Part shown: in pieces, positions 53,242 to 60,861 of the stretch
Layout of the letters: each line of letters begins with the position of its first letter
Numbering within the stretch: the stretch's first letter is position 1
Source of the DNA: Elusimicrobiales bacterium
GTDB lineage: Bacteria; Elusimicrobiota; Elusimicrobia; Elusimicrobiales; UBA9959
Direction: 5' to 3'
DNA: 64,000 nt
Assembly (NCBI GenBank): GCA_038204165.1
Contig: JBBRDG010000002.1
Span: 25,832-89,831, forward strand
Position numbers and translations under genes: made by a program
The notes under the pieces: generated by a model
What the model was told of the DNA's origin: nothing
Seen by the model: only the letters and a program-made list of their open reading frames with translations
The model's database searches: none

Positions 53242-53775
53242 ATGACTAAGTTAAATAAAATCTGGACAATGCAGATTCTTTTTGTGCTGGTGGTTTGTGT
53301 TTTTGCCGCAGCCTGCAGCAAGAAGAACGTAAAACAGACCTCAGCGCTTCCTGAAACGGTGATGGAATCCGTTGTGCCGGTGCCGGCTGAAGCAGAGGGG
53401 GACGAAGGCTCCTTACGGAATAAAAAGTACGCGCAGATAGCGGAGGTTCAGACGGCGTATTTCGACTTCGACCGTTCCGAGCTTAGCGACAAGACGCGCA
53501 GCACCCTGCAGGCTAACGCGGCCGTGCTGAAAAAACGGCCTTTGCTGGAAATACAGATAGCGGGACATTGCGACGAAAGGGGCACTACCGAGTACAACCT
53601 GGCTCTTGCCCAGCGCCGCGCCACCGCGGTCAGGAACTATTACAAGGCTTTGGGAATAAAGATAGGCAGAATGTCCACCATAAGCTATGGGGAAGAAGGC
53701 CCTGTTTGCGCGGATTCTACGGAAGAGTGCTGGGATAAGAACCGGCGCGCCGAAACGTTGGTGAAGATCCAGTAA
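53242..53775 (+). CDS. pal: peptidoglycan-associated lipoprotein (OmpA-family, Pal)
   Basis: Lipobox AAACS. OmpA-like block FDFDRSELS...GHCDERGTTEYNLALAQRRA..V. Confidence 0.85.
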   Translation: MTKLNKIWTMQILFVLVVCVFAAACSKKNVKQTSALPETVMESVVPVPAEAEGDEGSLRNKKYAQIAEVQTAYFDFDRSELSDKTRSTLQANAAVLKKRPLLEIQIAGHCDERGTTEYNLALAQRRATAVRNYYKALGIKIGRMSTISYGEEGPVCADSTEECWDKNRRAETLVKIQ

Positions 53776-53783
53776 GGGCTGAC

Positions 53784-53813
53784 CGGCCGGTGCGGCATAT
53801 ACAGCACCGGCCG
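53784..53813 (+). terminator. 10-bp GC-rich hairpin after pal (terminator-like, no T-run)
   Basis: CGGCCGGTGC (53784-53793) pairs with GCACCGGCCG (53804-53813). Confidence 0.4.
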
Positions 53814-53839
53814 AGGCACCCCAGCAAATAGAGAGGCTT

Positions 53840-53947
53840 ATGCTTGATTCCTGTTGGACCTATATACTGATGGGTTTATTCCTTGTAGCTTTTCTGTTCG
53901 TGTTTTTTTGGAATACGGATCCAGATGCGGGAAAAGGCGGGGATTAG
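53840..53947 (+). CDS. possible 35-aa single-TM micropeptide
   Basis: Below the ORF-track cutoff. ATG 53840 encodes MLDSCWTYILMGLFLVAFLFVFFWNTDPDAGKGGD. A weak GAGAGG lies only 3 nt upstream. The ORF ends by overlapping the convergent kinase stop. Confidence 0.25.
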   Translation: MLDSCWTYILMGLFLVAFLFVFFWNTDPDAGKGGD

Positions 53948-55014
53948 TCCCGGAGTTTGCTCTCCCAGACAGGGAGCGTGAAAGAAAAAATACTGCCCCG
54001 GCCCGGAGTGCTTTCTACCTTAAGCTGACTGCCGTGCGCCTCTAAGAGCTCTTTTGCCACTTTTAAGCCTATCCCGAACCCTTTAGCGAGATTTTTACCG
54101 CCGGCGGCCCGGTAAAAGCCGGAGAAGATGTTCCCGAGGTCCGTTTTATCAATTCCTATCCCGCTGTCCTCAACTGAAACAAGCACCTGTCCGTTGGTAT
54201 CTTTCATGCGCACGATGCGGATGGTTACGCGGCCGTTTTGAGGAGTGTATTTTATGGCGTTGCCTATAAGGTTGTTTATTACTAGGGAAATAGCGTCGGG
54301 GTCAACCTTTACCGGGATTACGACAACGGGGAAATCCGTGTTTAAGGAGATGTTCTTCGCGTCGCCTAAGGGGCGGACGATGTCTACGACTTCTATGATT
54401 ATTTTGCGCAACTCAGTGGAATGAATATCCAGTACGAAGCGTCCGGCTTCAATCCGCGCTTTGTTCAGGAAGTTCTTGACCAGGATTTTAAGGTTTCGGG
54501 ATGTCTGGTCTAATATCCCATACAGTTTAAGGCGCTGTTCCGGAATGGGAGCTTTGTCTTCTTCCTGTAAAAGCGTCGAAACGAGGTTTATAGTTACAAG
54601 CGAGTTGTTGAATTCATGGCTGACCATGGAGACCAGGTCCGACTTCAGCCGTGAACCCTCCTCCTCCCGGTTCAGCATTAACCGGATTCTTGCGAGGGAA
54701 ACAGCTGTTATAACGAAAAAAGCCAGCCTGGCCAGAGAGTTCCAGTATGCCACTATCGGACTGCTGTAGACGTGCCCGCCAAGCGCGTAATCCATGACGA
54801 ACCAGGTTGCCGCGCCGATCACTGACATTACGACCCCGGACACAAGGCCGGCGTTCCAGGCAACCAGGGAGACAGGGATAAGGTAAAAGATGGAAAAGGA
54901 GATCTCTACGCCGGTTTTATAATCCAGCCAGGCGACAAGCCCGAGTAATGCGAACCCTGCGGCTATAGTCAGGTTCGGGTGCTTGCTTAAGTGTTCTGAA
55001 ATTACCTTTCCCAT
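53944..55014 (-). CDS. membrane sensor histidine kinase (orphan)
   Basis: Four N-terminal TM helices. Atypical H-box VSHEFNNSL. HATPase N, G1 and G2 boxes (NLIGNAIKYT, DSGIGI, GFGIGL). Confidence 0.8.
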   Translation of the reverse strand: MGKVISEHLSKHPNLTIAAGFALLGLVAWLDYKTGVEISFSIFYLIPVSLVAWNAGLVSGVVMSVIGAATWFVMDYALGGHVYSSPIVAYWNSLARLAFFVITAVSLARIRLMLNREEEGSRLKSDLVSMVSHEFNNSLVTINLVSTLLQEEDKAPIPEQRLKLYGILDQTSRNLKILVKNFLNKARIEAGRFVLDIHSTELRKIIIEVVDIVRPLGDAKNISLNTDFPVVVIPVKVDPDAISLVINNLIGNAIKYTPQNGRVTIRIVRMKDTNGQVLVSVEDSGIGIDKTDLGNIFSGFYRAAGGKNLAKGFGIGLKVAKELLEAHGSQLKVESTPGRGSIFSFTLPVWESKLRD

Positions 55015-55029
55015 AGAATATAACTTAGG

Positions 55030-56073
55030 CTAGCGTTCGATGAACTTAATGAAGAGATCTATGTACCGGTCGAACTTTGCCGCCGTGGGCAGGTGGCCCA
55101 CTATAGAGCGCTTAACGGACGGATACCTGCCCTCCGCCGGCCGGGAGAACGCCTGGAAGAGCTTTTCCTGGTAGGGGTCGCGGACAAACCTGTCCCCATG
55201 GCCTATTACGAGGAAAATGTCCTCCGGGTTGCGCAGGCTCGCAAAATCCAGCGGATCTACAATCATGGTCTTTTCCAGGTAGGCCCTGAACTCTTCGAGC
55301 GTCGCAATGCCCTCTATCCTCATGCGCGTGTCCCGAACACTTTCCAGGAGTTTAAAGCGGGTGTCCGTTATTATTCCCGGAATATCTCCGCCGCCGACTA
55401 TCCCCATCGCTTTTTTAATCCTTGGTTCCACGCCAAAAGCAAGGCTGGTCCTTATGCTGCCCATACTGATGCCATAGGCGTAGATCCTGCTGCTGTCCAC
55501 CTCGGGGAAAGTCTCCAGCAGGTCTATGGCCATCCTTATCATTATGGTGTTGCGGATAAGCAGGTTGCTTATTTTGTCGAGGGGCCGTGTTGTATCCGTG
55601 AGCGATTCGCACGGCGTGATAACGACAGCGTCGTAGCCTTTTCGAACGAAATCCATAGCCGACCACTGATCTAACTTCTGCGGGACGAAGGGCGGGGAGA
55701 TGAGGACGGCTGGGTGCGGGCCCGGCCGCCTGGTCTTGTAAATCCGGTAGGTCTGGGTGAACTGGCCCAACTGCCGCAGCGGATCGTTGACCAGCAATTC
55801 TATGGTTTCTACGGTATAGTTCTTGTGCACCGAAGGCGTGCTGCGTGTTACAGAAATGACATCGCTCTTCTGGTAATCGAACAAGGGTAATTTTTTTACG
55901 GCTTCTTCGGGCAGGAGCGGGACGCGTCCGGTAAATACAAGCTCGGGCGTAGGGAGGGGCTGCTGCGCGGCGGAATCCTTAGGCGGGAGCTGGGCTAAAG
56001 CTGTTTCGGCGCGGACTGAAACGTTCAGGAATGAAATAAAAAACAAAATCGCAAATATTGTTATTTTCTTCAT
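55030..56073 (-). CDS. exported alpha/beta-hydrolase-fold protein
   Basis: Start at the internal ATG gives signal peptide MKKITIFAILFFISFLNVSVRA. Nucleophile elbow G-x-S-x-G in YGISMGS. Late GHGDRFV His block. Confidence 0.55.
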   Translation of the reverse strand: MKKITIFAILFFISFLNVSVRAETALAQLPPKDSAAQQPLPTPELVFTGRVPLLPEEAVKKLPLFDYQKSDVISVTRSTPSVHKNYTVETIELLVNDPLRQLGQFTQTYRIYKTRRPGPHPAVLISPPFVPQKLDQWSAMDFVRKGYDAVVITPCESLTDTTRPLDKISNLLIRNTIMIRMAIDLLETFPEVDSSRIYAYGISMGSIRTSLAFGVEPRIKKAMGIVGGGDIPGIITDTRFKLLESVRDTRMRIEGIATLEEFRAYLEKTMIVDPLDFASLRNPEDIFLVIGHGDRFVRDPYQEKLFQAFSRPAEGRYPSVKRSIVGHLPTAAKFDRYIDLFIKFIER

Positions 56074-56212
56074 CTGGTATTGTTCCTTCTTAGTGCTGGA
56101 TATGTTTAGTATTGTATATATTATTAATCTAAAATACGTTAAGCACAAGTGTCAATGTGCCCATTATGCGGGTGGGCCATTTGTCCCCGCTGCGGTTTTG
56201 GAAGAGGAAAGT

Positions 56213-56986
56213 TTACCGCAAATCCCCGGCAATGAAAGTTTTCATGCCTGCGCCGGCTTCCAGCAGCAGCCGTCCTTGTTCGTCCACGCCTTTTACCGTG
56301 CCGGAGAACTCCAGCCCGTCCTGGGTCAGGGTTACGCTCCGGTTAGAAACCGCGAAATATTTATTATATTCCCCGCTTATGGCCTGAAACCCGGCTCTCT
56401 CGAAAGCCGCATAACGCGCGTAAAAAGAGCGCAGGATCTTTTCTAAAAACGCGCGGCGCCCGGCGACAGGTTTTCCCAGCATCGCCGTGGAAACAGCCGG
56501 GTAAAGCAGGCCGCCGAAATCCGAGGCGTCCTGATAAAGATTTATGCCTGCGCCAAGAGCCGCGCCGGTAAGCTTTCCGTTCACAACCACGGCTTCGGCC
56601 AGCACGCCGGCTAGCTTGCCGCCGCCGCATAGAATATCATTGGGCCACTTTATCACCGGCTCCAGGCCGCCATCGGCCAGGGCAGCGCAGACGCTCACGC
56701 AGAGCAGCTGGGGCAGGTTAGCGAATGCGAAGCTGCCCGGCTCGCGCGGCTTCACCGCGATAGTGAAATAAAGACCTTTGCCCTCGGACAGCCAGGCGCG
56801 GTTAAGCCTGCCTCGGCCTGCGGTCTGGCAGAGGGCGGTTACGGTTGTTTTGTCGGGGAGCTGGCTGAACTCGCGCAGCACATAGGCGTTCGTAGAATCC
56901 AGGGTTTCAAATTCCTGGATATTTAAATCGGGAATAGCCGCGGTGGCAGGCAGGCCTGGCTTTAAGTCGGGTTTGCCGCTCCTCAT
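56213..56986 (-). CDS. birA: biotin--[acetyl-CoA-carboxylase] ligase, class I (no N-terminal HTH)
   Basis: Motif GRGRLNRAWLS, KWPNDIL and a C-terminal SH3-like segment. At 257 aa it is too short to carry a repressor domain. Confidence 0.85.
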   Translation of the reverse strand: MRSGKPDLKPGLPATAAIPDLNIQEFETLDSTNAYVLREFSQLPDKTTVTALCQTAGRGRLNRAWLSEGKGLYFTIAVKPREPGSFAFANLPQLLCVSVCAALADGGLEPVIKWPNDILCGGGKLAGVLAEAVVVNGKLTGAALGAGINLYQDASDFGGLLYPAVSTAMLGKPVAGRRAFLEKILRSFYARYAAFERAGFQAISGEYNKYFAVSNRSVTLTQDGLEFSGTVKGVDEQGRLLLEAGAGMKTFIAGDLR

Positions 56987-56999
56987 GGCTTTTGACCGG

Positions 57000-58178
57000 T
57001 TAACGGCAGAGCGCCAGCAGCACCCCGGCCGCCACCGCGCTGCCTATAACGCCCGCCACATTCGGCCCCATGGCGTGCATGAGCAGGAAATTATTGGGGT
57101 TATCTTCCTGCCCCACCTTGTTCACCACCCGCGCCGACATGGGAACGGCCGATACCCCGGCCGCGCCGATAAGCGGGTTTATCTGCATGCCGAGGCGGTT
57201 CATTAACTTGGCCAGCAGTACGCCCGATGCGGTACCCACCGAGAAAGCGATAAGCCCAAGGAACAGGATGCCCAGAGTTTCCGGCCGGAGGAATTTGTCG
57301 GCGGAGAGCTTTGAGCCTACCGCCAGGCCCAGGAGTATAGTTACTATATTTATAAACTCGTTCTGCGCGGTTTTGGACAGTCTGTCCACCACGGCGCTCT
57401 CCCGGAGCAGGTTGCCGAACATCAGCGCGCCTATAAGCGGGGTGGCGTCGGGGATTAACAGGATGCAGATAGAAAGCACCAGCAGCGGGAACAGGATCTT
57501 TTCGCGCTTTGAAACCACGCGCAGCTGTTTCATCTCTATCATCCGCTCTTCTTTAGTGGTGAGCAGGCGCATGATGGGCGGCTGTATTATAGGCACCAGC
57601 GCCATATAGGAGTAAGCCGCCACGGCTATGGCGCCCAGCAGGTGGGGCGCCAGCCTGGAAGCCAAGAAAATGGCGGTGGGCCCGTCGGCGCCGCCAATGA
57701 TGCCGATTGAGGCCGCGTCCTTAAGCGTAAAACCGAACCCGAAATACTTGGAAAGCAGCAGCGCCCCGATCAGCGTGGTGAAGATGCCGAACTGCGCCGC
57801 GCCGCCCAGCAGTGAAGTTTTGGGGTTGGCTATCAGCGGGCCGAAATCCGTCATGGCGCCTACCCCGATAAAAATAAACAGCGGGAACAGGCCTGACGCT
57901 ATGCCGAACTGGTAGATCTGTCCCAGGAACCCGCCCGCCTGGGTTACCAATTGCCCGTCGATAAGCGTGGTTGTGCTGAGCAGCGCTATACCCGCCACCG
58001 GGATATTGGCCAGCAAGCCGCCGAAACCTATAGGCAGCAAGAGCAGCGGTTCGAACTCTTTCACAATGCCCAGCCACAAAATTACAAAACAGACCAGGAT
58101 CATTACGGCCTGCCCGCCGTTAAAGTTGTAAATGCCGGTGGCGTGGTACAGATTAGCGAGAGAGGAAAGAATGTCCAT
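57000..58178 (-). CDS. oadB: sodium-translocating decarboxylase beta subunit
   Basis: 392-aa polytopic protein. OadB/GcdB blocks are present ([27 protein letters not shown]). Confidence 0.9.
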   Translation of the reverse strand: MDILSSLANLYHATGIYNFNGGQAVMILVCFVILWLGIVKEFEPLLLLPIGFGGLLANIPVAGIALLSTTTLIDGQLVTQAGGFLGQIYQFGIASGLFPLFIFIGVGAMTDFGPLIANPKTSLLGGAAQFGIFTTLIGALLLSKYFGFGFTLKDAASIGIIGGADGPTAIFLASRLAPHLLGAIAVAAYSYMALVPIIQPPIMRLLTTKEERMIEMKQLRVVSKREKILFPLLVLSICILLIPDATPLIGALMFGNLLRESAVVDRLSKTAQNEFINIVTILLGLAVGSKLSADKFLRPETLGILFLGLIAFSVGTASGVLLAKLMNRLGMQINPLIGAAGVSAVPMSARVVNKVGQEDNPNNFLLMHAMGPNVAGVIGSAVAAGVLLALCR

Positions 58179-58181
58179 TGG

Positions 58182-59966
58182 TTATCCTTTAATATGAGCT
58201 AGCACGTCTTCGGTCTGTACCTGCTGGCCTTGCGTTACCGCCAGCGACTCTATGGTGCCGCCGTGGGGAGCTCTTATGGGTACTTCCATCTTCATGGCTT
58301 CAAGTACCAGGAAAATTTCATCCTTGGCTACCAGGTCGCCGGGGTTTTTTACCAGTCTTAAAACCAGCCCGGGCAGCGGCGCCCTTACTGCTGTAGCCGC
58401 CGCGGCCGAAGGCTGCGCGGCGGCGGTGTCAAAGCCGTGTTTCACCGCAACCTTATATTCTTTCCCGTTAACGGAGGCGGCGTTGTTTTTAAGCTCCACC
58501 TTATAATCCGCGCCGTTAAGCGTTACGGTAAAGCGGTGCTGGCCTTTGTCCGCGGGAGCCTGGTTAGTGCGGATGGAAACGGCTCCCTTGCCCTGCAGGA
58601 AGGCTATCCCTTTTTCTTTGCAGGTCGCGGCTATAAAGATATTTTCCGGAGTGTCGGGCAGACCGGCCGCGCTGAGCGCTTTTTTGGCGGGGGCCACGCC
58701 CTTGGCGGGGTTGGCGTCGTCCAGCTCCAGCGGCGTTTTGGTAGTGGGTTCCAGCCCCAGCTGCGCGGCGGCCGCGGCTATCACTTCCGGGTCGGCCGGC
58801 ACGGGAGTTTTGCCGAAATAGCCCAGCACCATCTTGCCGTAGCCTTCGGCTATTTTTTTCCAGGGGCCGAACATGGCGTTATTAAAAGCCTGCTGAAAAT
58901 AAAACTGGGAGACCGGCGTGACCGAGGTGCCGAAACCGCCGAGGCGCACTACTTCGGCCATCTCGCGGATTACGGCCGGGTATTTGTCCATAATGTTATT
59001 GTCGCGCATCATCTGGGTATTGGCCGTAAGCGCGCCCCCGGGCATGGGGGAGAACAGCACAAGCGGCTCTACCGCCTTCGCTTCGGGCGGCACGAAATAA
59101 GCCTGCATGCAGTCTTTAAAAACCCTTTCAGCCTCCAGCACCTTGTCTATATCGAGGCCCAGGTCGTAGTTGGCGCCGCGCAGGGCGTGCCACATGGAAA
59201 TAATGTCGGGCTGGCTGGTGCCGCCGGAAACCGGGGCCATGGAAAGGTCCAGCGCGTCGGCCCCGCCGTCCAGCGCGGCGCGGCAGCAGGCCACGCCGGT
59301 GCCCGCCGTATCGTGGGTGTGAAAGCGGATCTGGGCCTCTTTGCCCAGCAGGGCCCGGGCGGCCTTCATCGTTTCGTAAGCGGTGGCGGGGGTGGCGGTA
59401 CCGGAGGCGTCTTTAAAGCAGACCGAGTCGAATTCTATGCCGGCGTCGAGTATCCGGCGCAGTATGCCGGCGTAGAACTCCGGGGTGTGCACGCTGTCCG
59501 CGCCCTTGCAGCCTGGAGGCAGCGACATCATGGAGACTACGGTTTCATGCTTTAACCCGGCTTCCTTAATGCAGCGGCCGGAATAGATAAGGTTGTTTAC
59601 ATCGTTAAGGGCGTCAAAATTGCGAATGGTGGTAATGCTGTGCTTTTTAAAAAGCTCGGCGTGCAGCTTGATTATGGCGGAGGGCTGGGAATCAAGGCCT
59701 ACTACGTTAACGCCGCGTGCCAGGGTCTGCAGGTTGGCGTCGGGCCCGGCGGCTGTCCGGAAAGCGTCCATCATGGCAAAGGCGTCTTCGTTACAGTAGA
59801 AGTAGAGGGATTGGAACATGGCGCCGCCGCCAGCCTCAAAATGGGTTATTCCGGCGTGACGGGAGGCTTCCACCGCGGGCAGGAAATCTTTAGACCGCAC
59901 GCGGGCGCCGTATACGGACTGGAATCCGTCCCTGAAAGCCGTCACCATTACTTTTATCTGCTTCAT
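58182..59966 (-). CDS. oadA: oxaloacetate decarboxylase alpha subunit (carboxyltransferase + biotinyl domain)
   Basis: HMGL-like/5S carboxyltransferase N-terminal domain (TAFRDGFQS, HTHDTAG). C-terminal biotinylation motif EAMKME. Confidence 0.9.
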   Translation of the reverse strand: MKQIKVMVTAFRDGFQSVYGARVRSKDFLPAVEASRHAGITHFEAGGGAMFQSLYFYCNEDAFAMMDAFRTAAGPDANLQTLARGVNVVGLDSQPSAIIKLHAELFKKHSITTIRNFDALNDVNNLIYSGRCIKEAGLKHETVVSMMSLPPGCKGADSVHTPEFYAGILRRILDAGIEFDSVCFKDASGTATPATAYETMKAARALLGKEAQIRFHTHDTAGTGVACCRAALDGGADALDLSMAPVSGGTSQPDIISMWHALRGANYDLGLDIDKVLEAERVFKDCMQAYFVPPEAKAVEPLVLFSPMPGGALTANTQMMRDNNIMDKYPAVIREMAEVVRLGGFGTSVTPVSQFYFQQAFNNAMFGPWKKIAEGYGKMVLGYFGKTPVPADPEVIAAAAAQLGLEPTTKTPLELDDANPAKGVAPAKKALSAAGLPDTPENIFIAATCKEKGIAFLQGKGAVSIRTNQAPADKGQHRFTVTLNGADYKVELKNNAASVNGKEYKVAVKHGFDTAAAQPSAAAATAVRAPLPGLVLRLVKNPGDLVAKDEIFLVLEAMKMEVPIRAPHGGTIESLAVTQGQQVQTEDVLAHIKG

Positions 59967-60196
59967 ATTGTCCTCCCGCTGTGTTTACAAGCCGCCGCAA
60001 TCGCTATGGCTATAGCGCTACTATCGCCGCCCGCAACTGGGGCCGCCGCCGCTTGCCCGGAGGCGGCCTCTGGCATGAATTTGCTCAGATATGGCAGGAA
60101 CGAGCCCAAAAGGTCTATGGCCGCGGTCATCACGAAAAGGAATAGGAATACTGTTCCCATGCCGAGCAAGGTAATTATTAATGCGTCGAATATCAT
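59963..60196 (-). CDS. oadG: oxaloacetate decarboxylase gamma subunit
   Basis: 77 aa. N-terminal TM with the GMGTVFLFL motif. 4-nt overlap with oadA. Confidence 0.65.
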   Translation of the reverse strand: MIFDALIITLLGMGTVFLFLFVMTAAIDLLGSFLPYLSKFMPEAASGQAAAAPVAGGDSSAIAIAIAAACKHSGRTI

Positions 60197-60536
60197 GAGC
60201 GCTCTCCTGTTTAAAGGTTATTGCAAATCCGCGCGTAGAGTGATTCATCTGCGTTACTATTAATTGTGGGGTCAGGCTGTACGTTGCGCAGACTTGGATC
60301 CGGTTATATTATCAGGTTAGCATTTTACCGTCGAAAAACAAAAGGCGGCAGGGCAGGCCGCTGCTTAGCGGCAACACCGGTGCCGCGCGCAGTTCAAGGG
60401 CCTGTTCACCTTCCAGCCCTGCCTGCCCTTCCCTCCCGTATATGTCGTAAACGCGGATCAGTTGAACAGCGTGCAATTTATAGTAAACTGTACAAGCAGT
60501 AAGTCAGCCGCCGCGCGTAACCCAGAGTATATTTTT

Positions 60537-60857
60537 ATGAACAGAGCACGTCTATTTTGTTTTTTAGCCTGGGGCGCTCTCCTGCTGTCCGGTTGCGGCG
60601 CGCAGCAGCGCAAACCCGCGGCCCAAACCGCGCCGCCGCTTCCTGAAAAGGCGGGCGCGGCCGAAATTTCGCCCGAGAATATAAAAAAAGCGGAGGGCCT
60701 TTATTACAAGGCCGTGGACGCCTACAGCAAAAACGACATGAAAGCCTCTCTTGAATATCTTGGTGAAATCCTGGTAATAAACCCCTCTTCCCGATCAGCC
60801 CTGGAACTCCGTAAGAAAATCAGAATAGTTACCGGCGGAAATACTGAAAGCAGATAA
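60537..60857 (+). CDS. small TPR-like lipoprotein
   Basis: ATG 60537 gives lipobox LLSGCG. One TPR-like helix pair (AEGLYYKAVDAYSKNDMKASLEYLGEILVINP). Confidence 0.55.
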   Translation: MNRARLFCFLAWGALLLSGCGAQQRKPAAQTAPPLPEKAGAAEISPENIKKAEGLYYKAVDAYSKNDMKASLEYLGEILVINPSSRSALELRKKIRIVTGGNTESR

Positions 60858-60861
60858 TATC

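Noticed and set aside
53854-54045. 63-aa ORF overlapping the 3' end of the kinase gene
   Set aside because: It overlaps a supported convergent gene by about 100 nt and has no recognisable features. The shorter TM ORF at 53840 in another frame is a marginally better candidate.
60266-60502. 78-aa ORF in the oadG upstream region
   Set aside because: It has an Arg-rich, low-complexity product, no Shine-Dalgarno sequence and an alternative start codon. It is more likely non-coding regulatory DNA.
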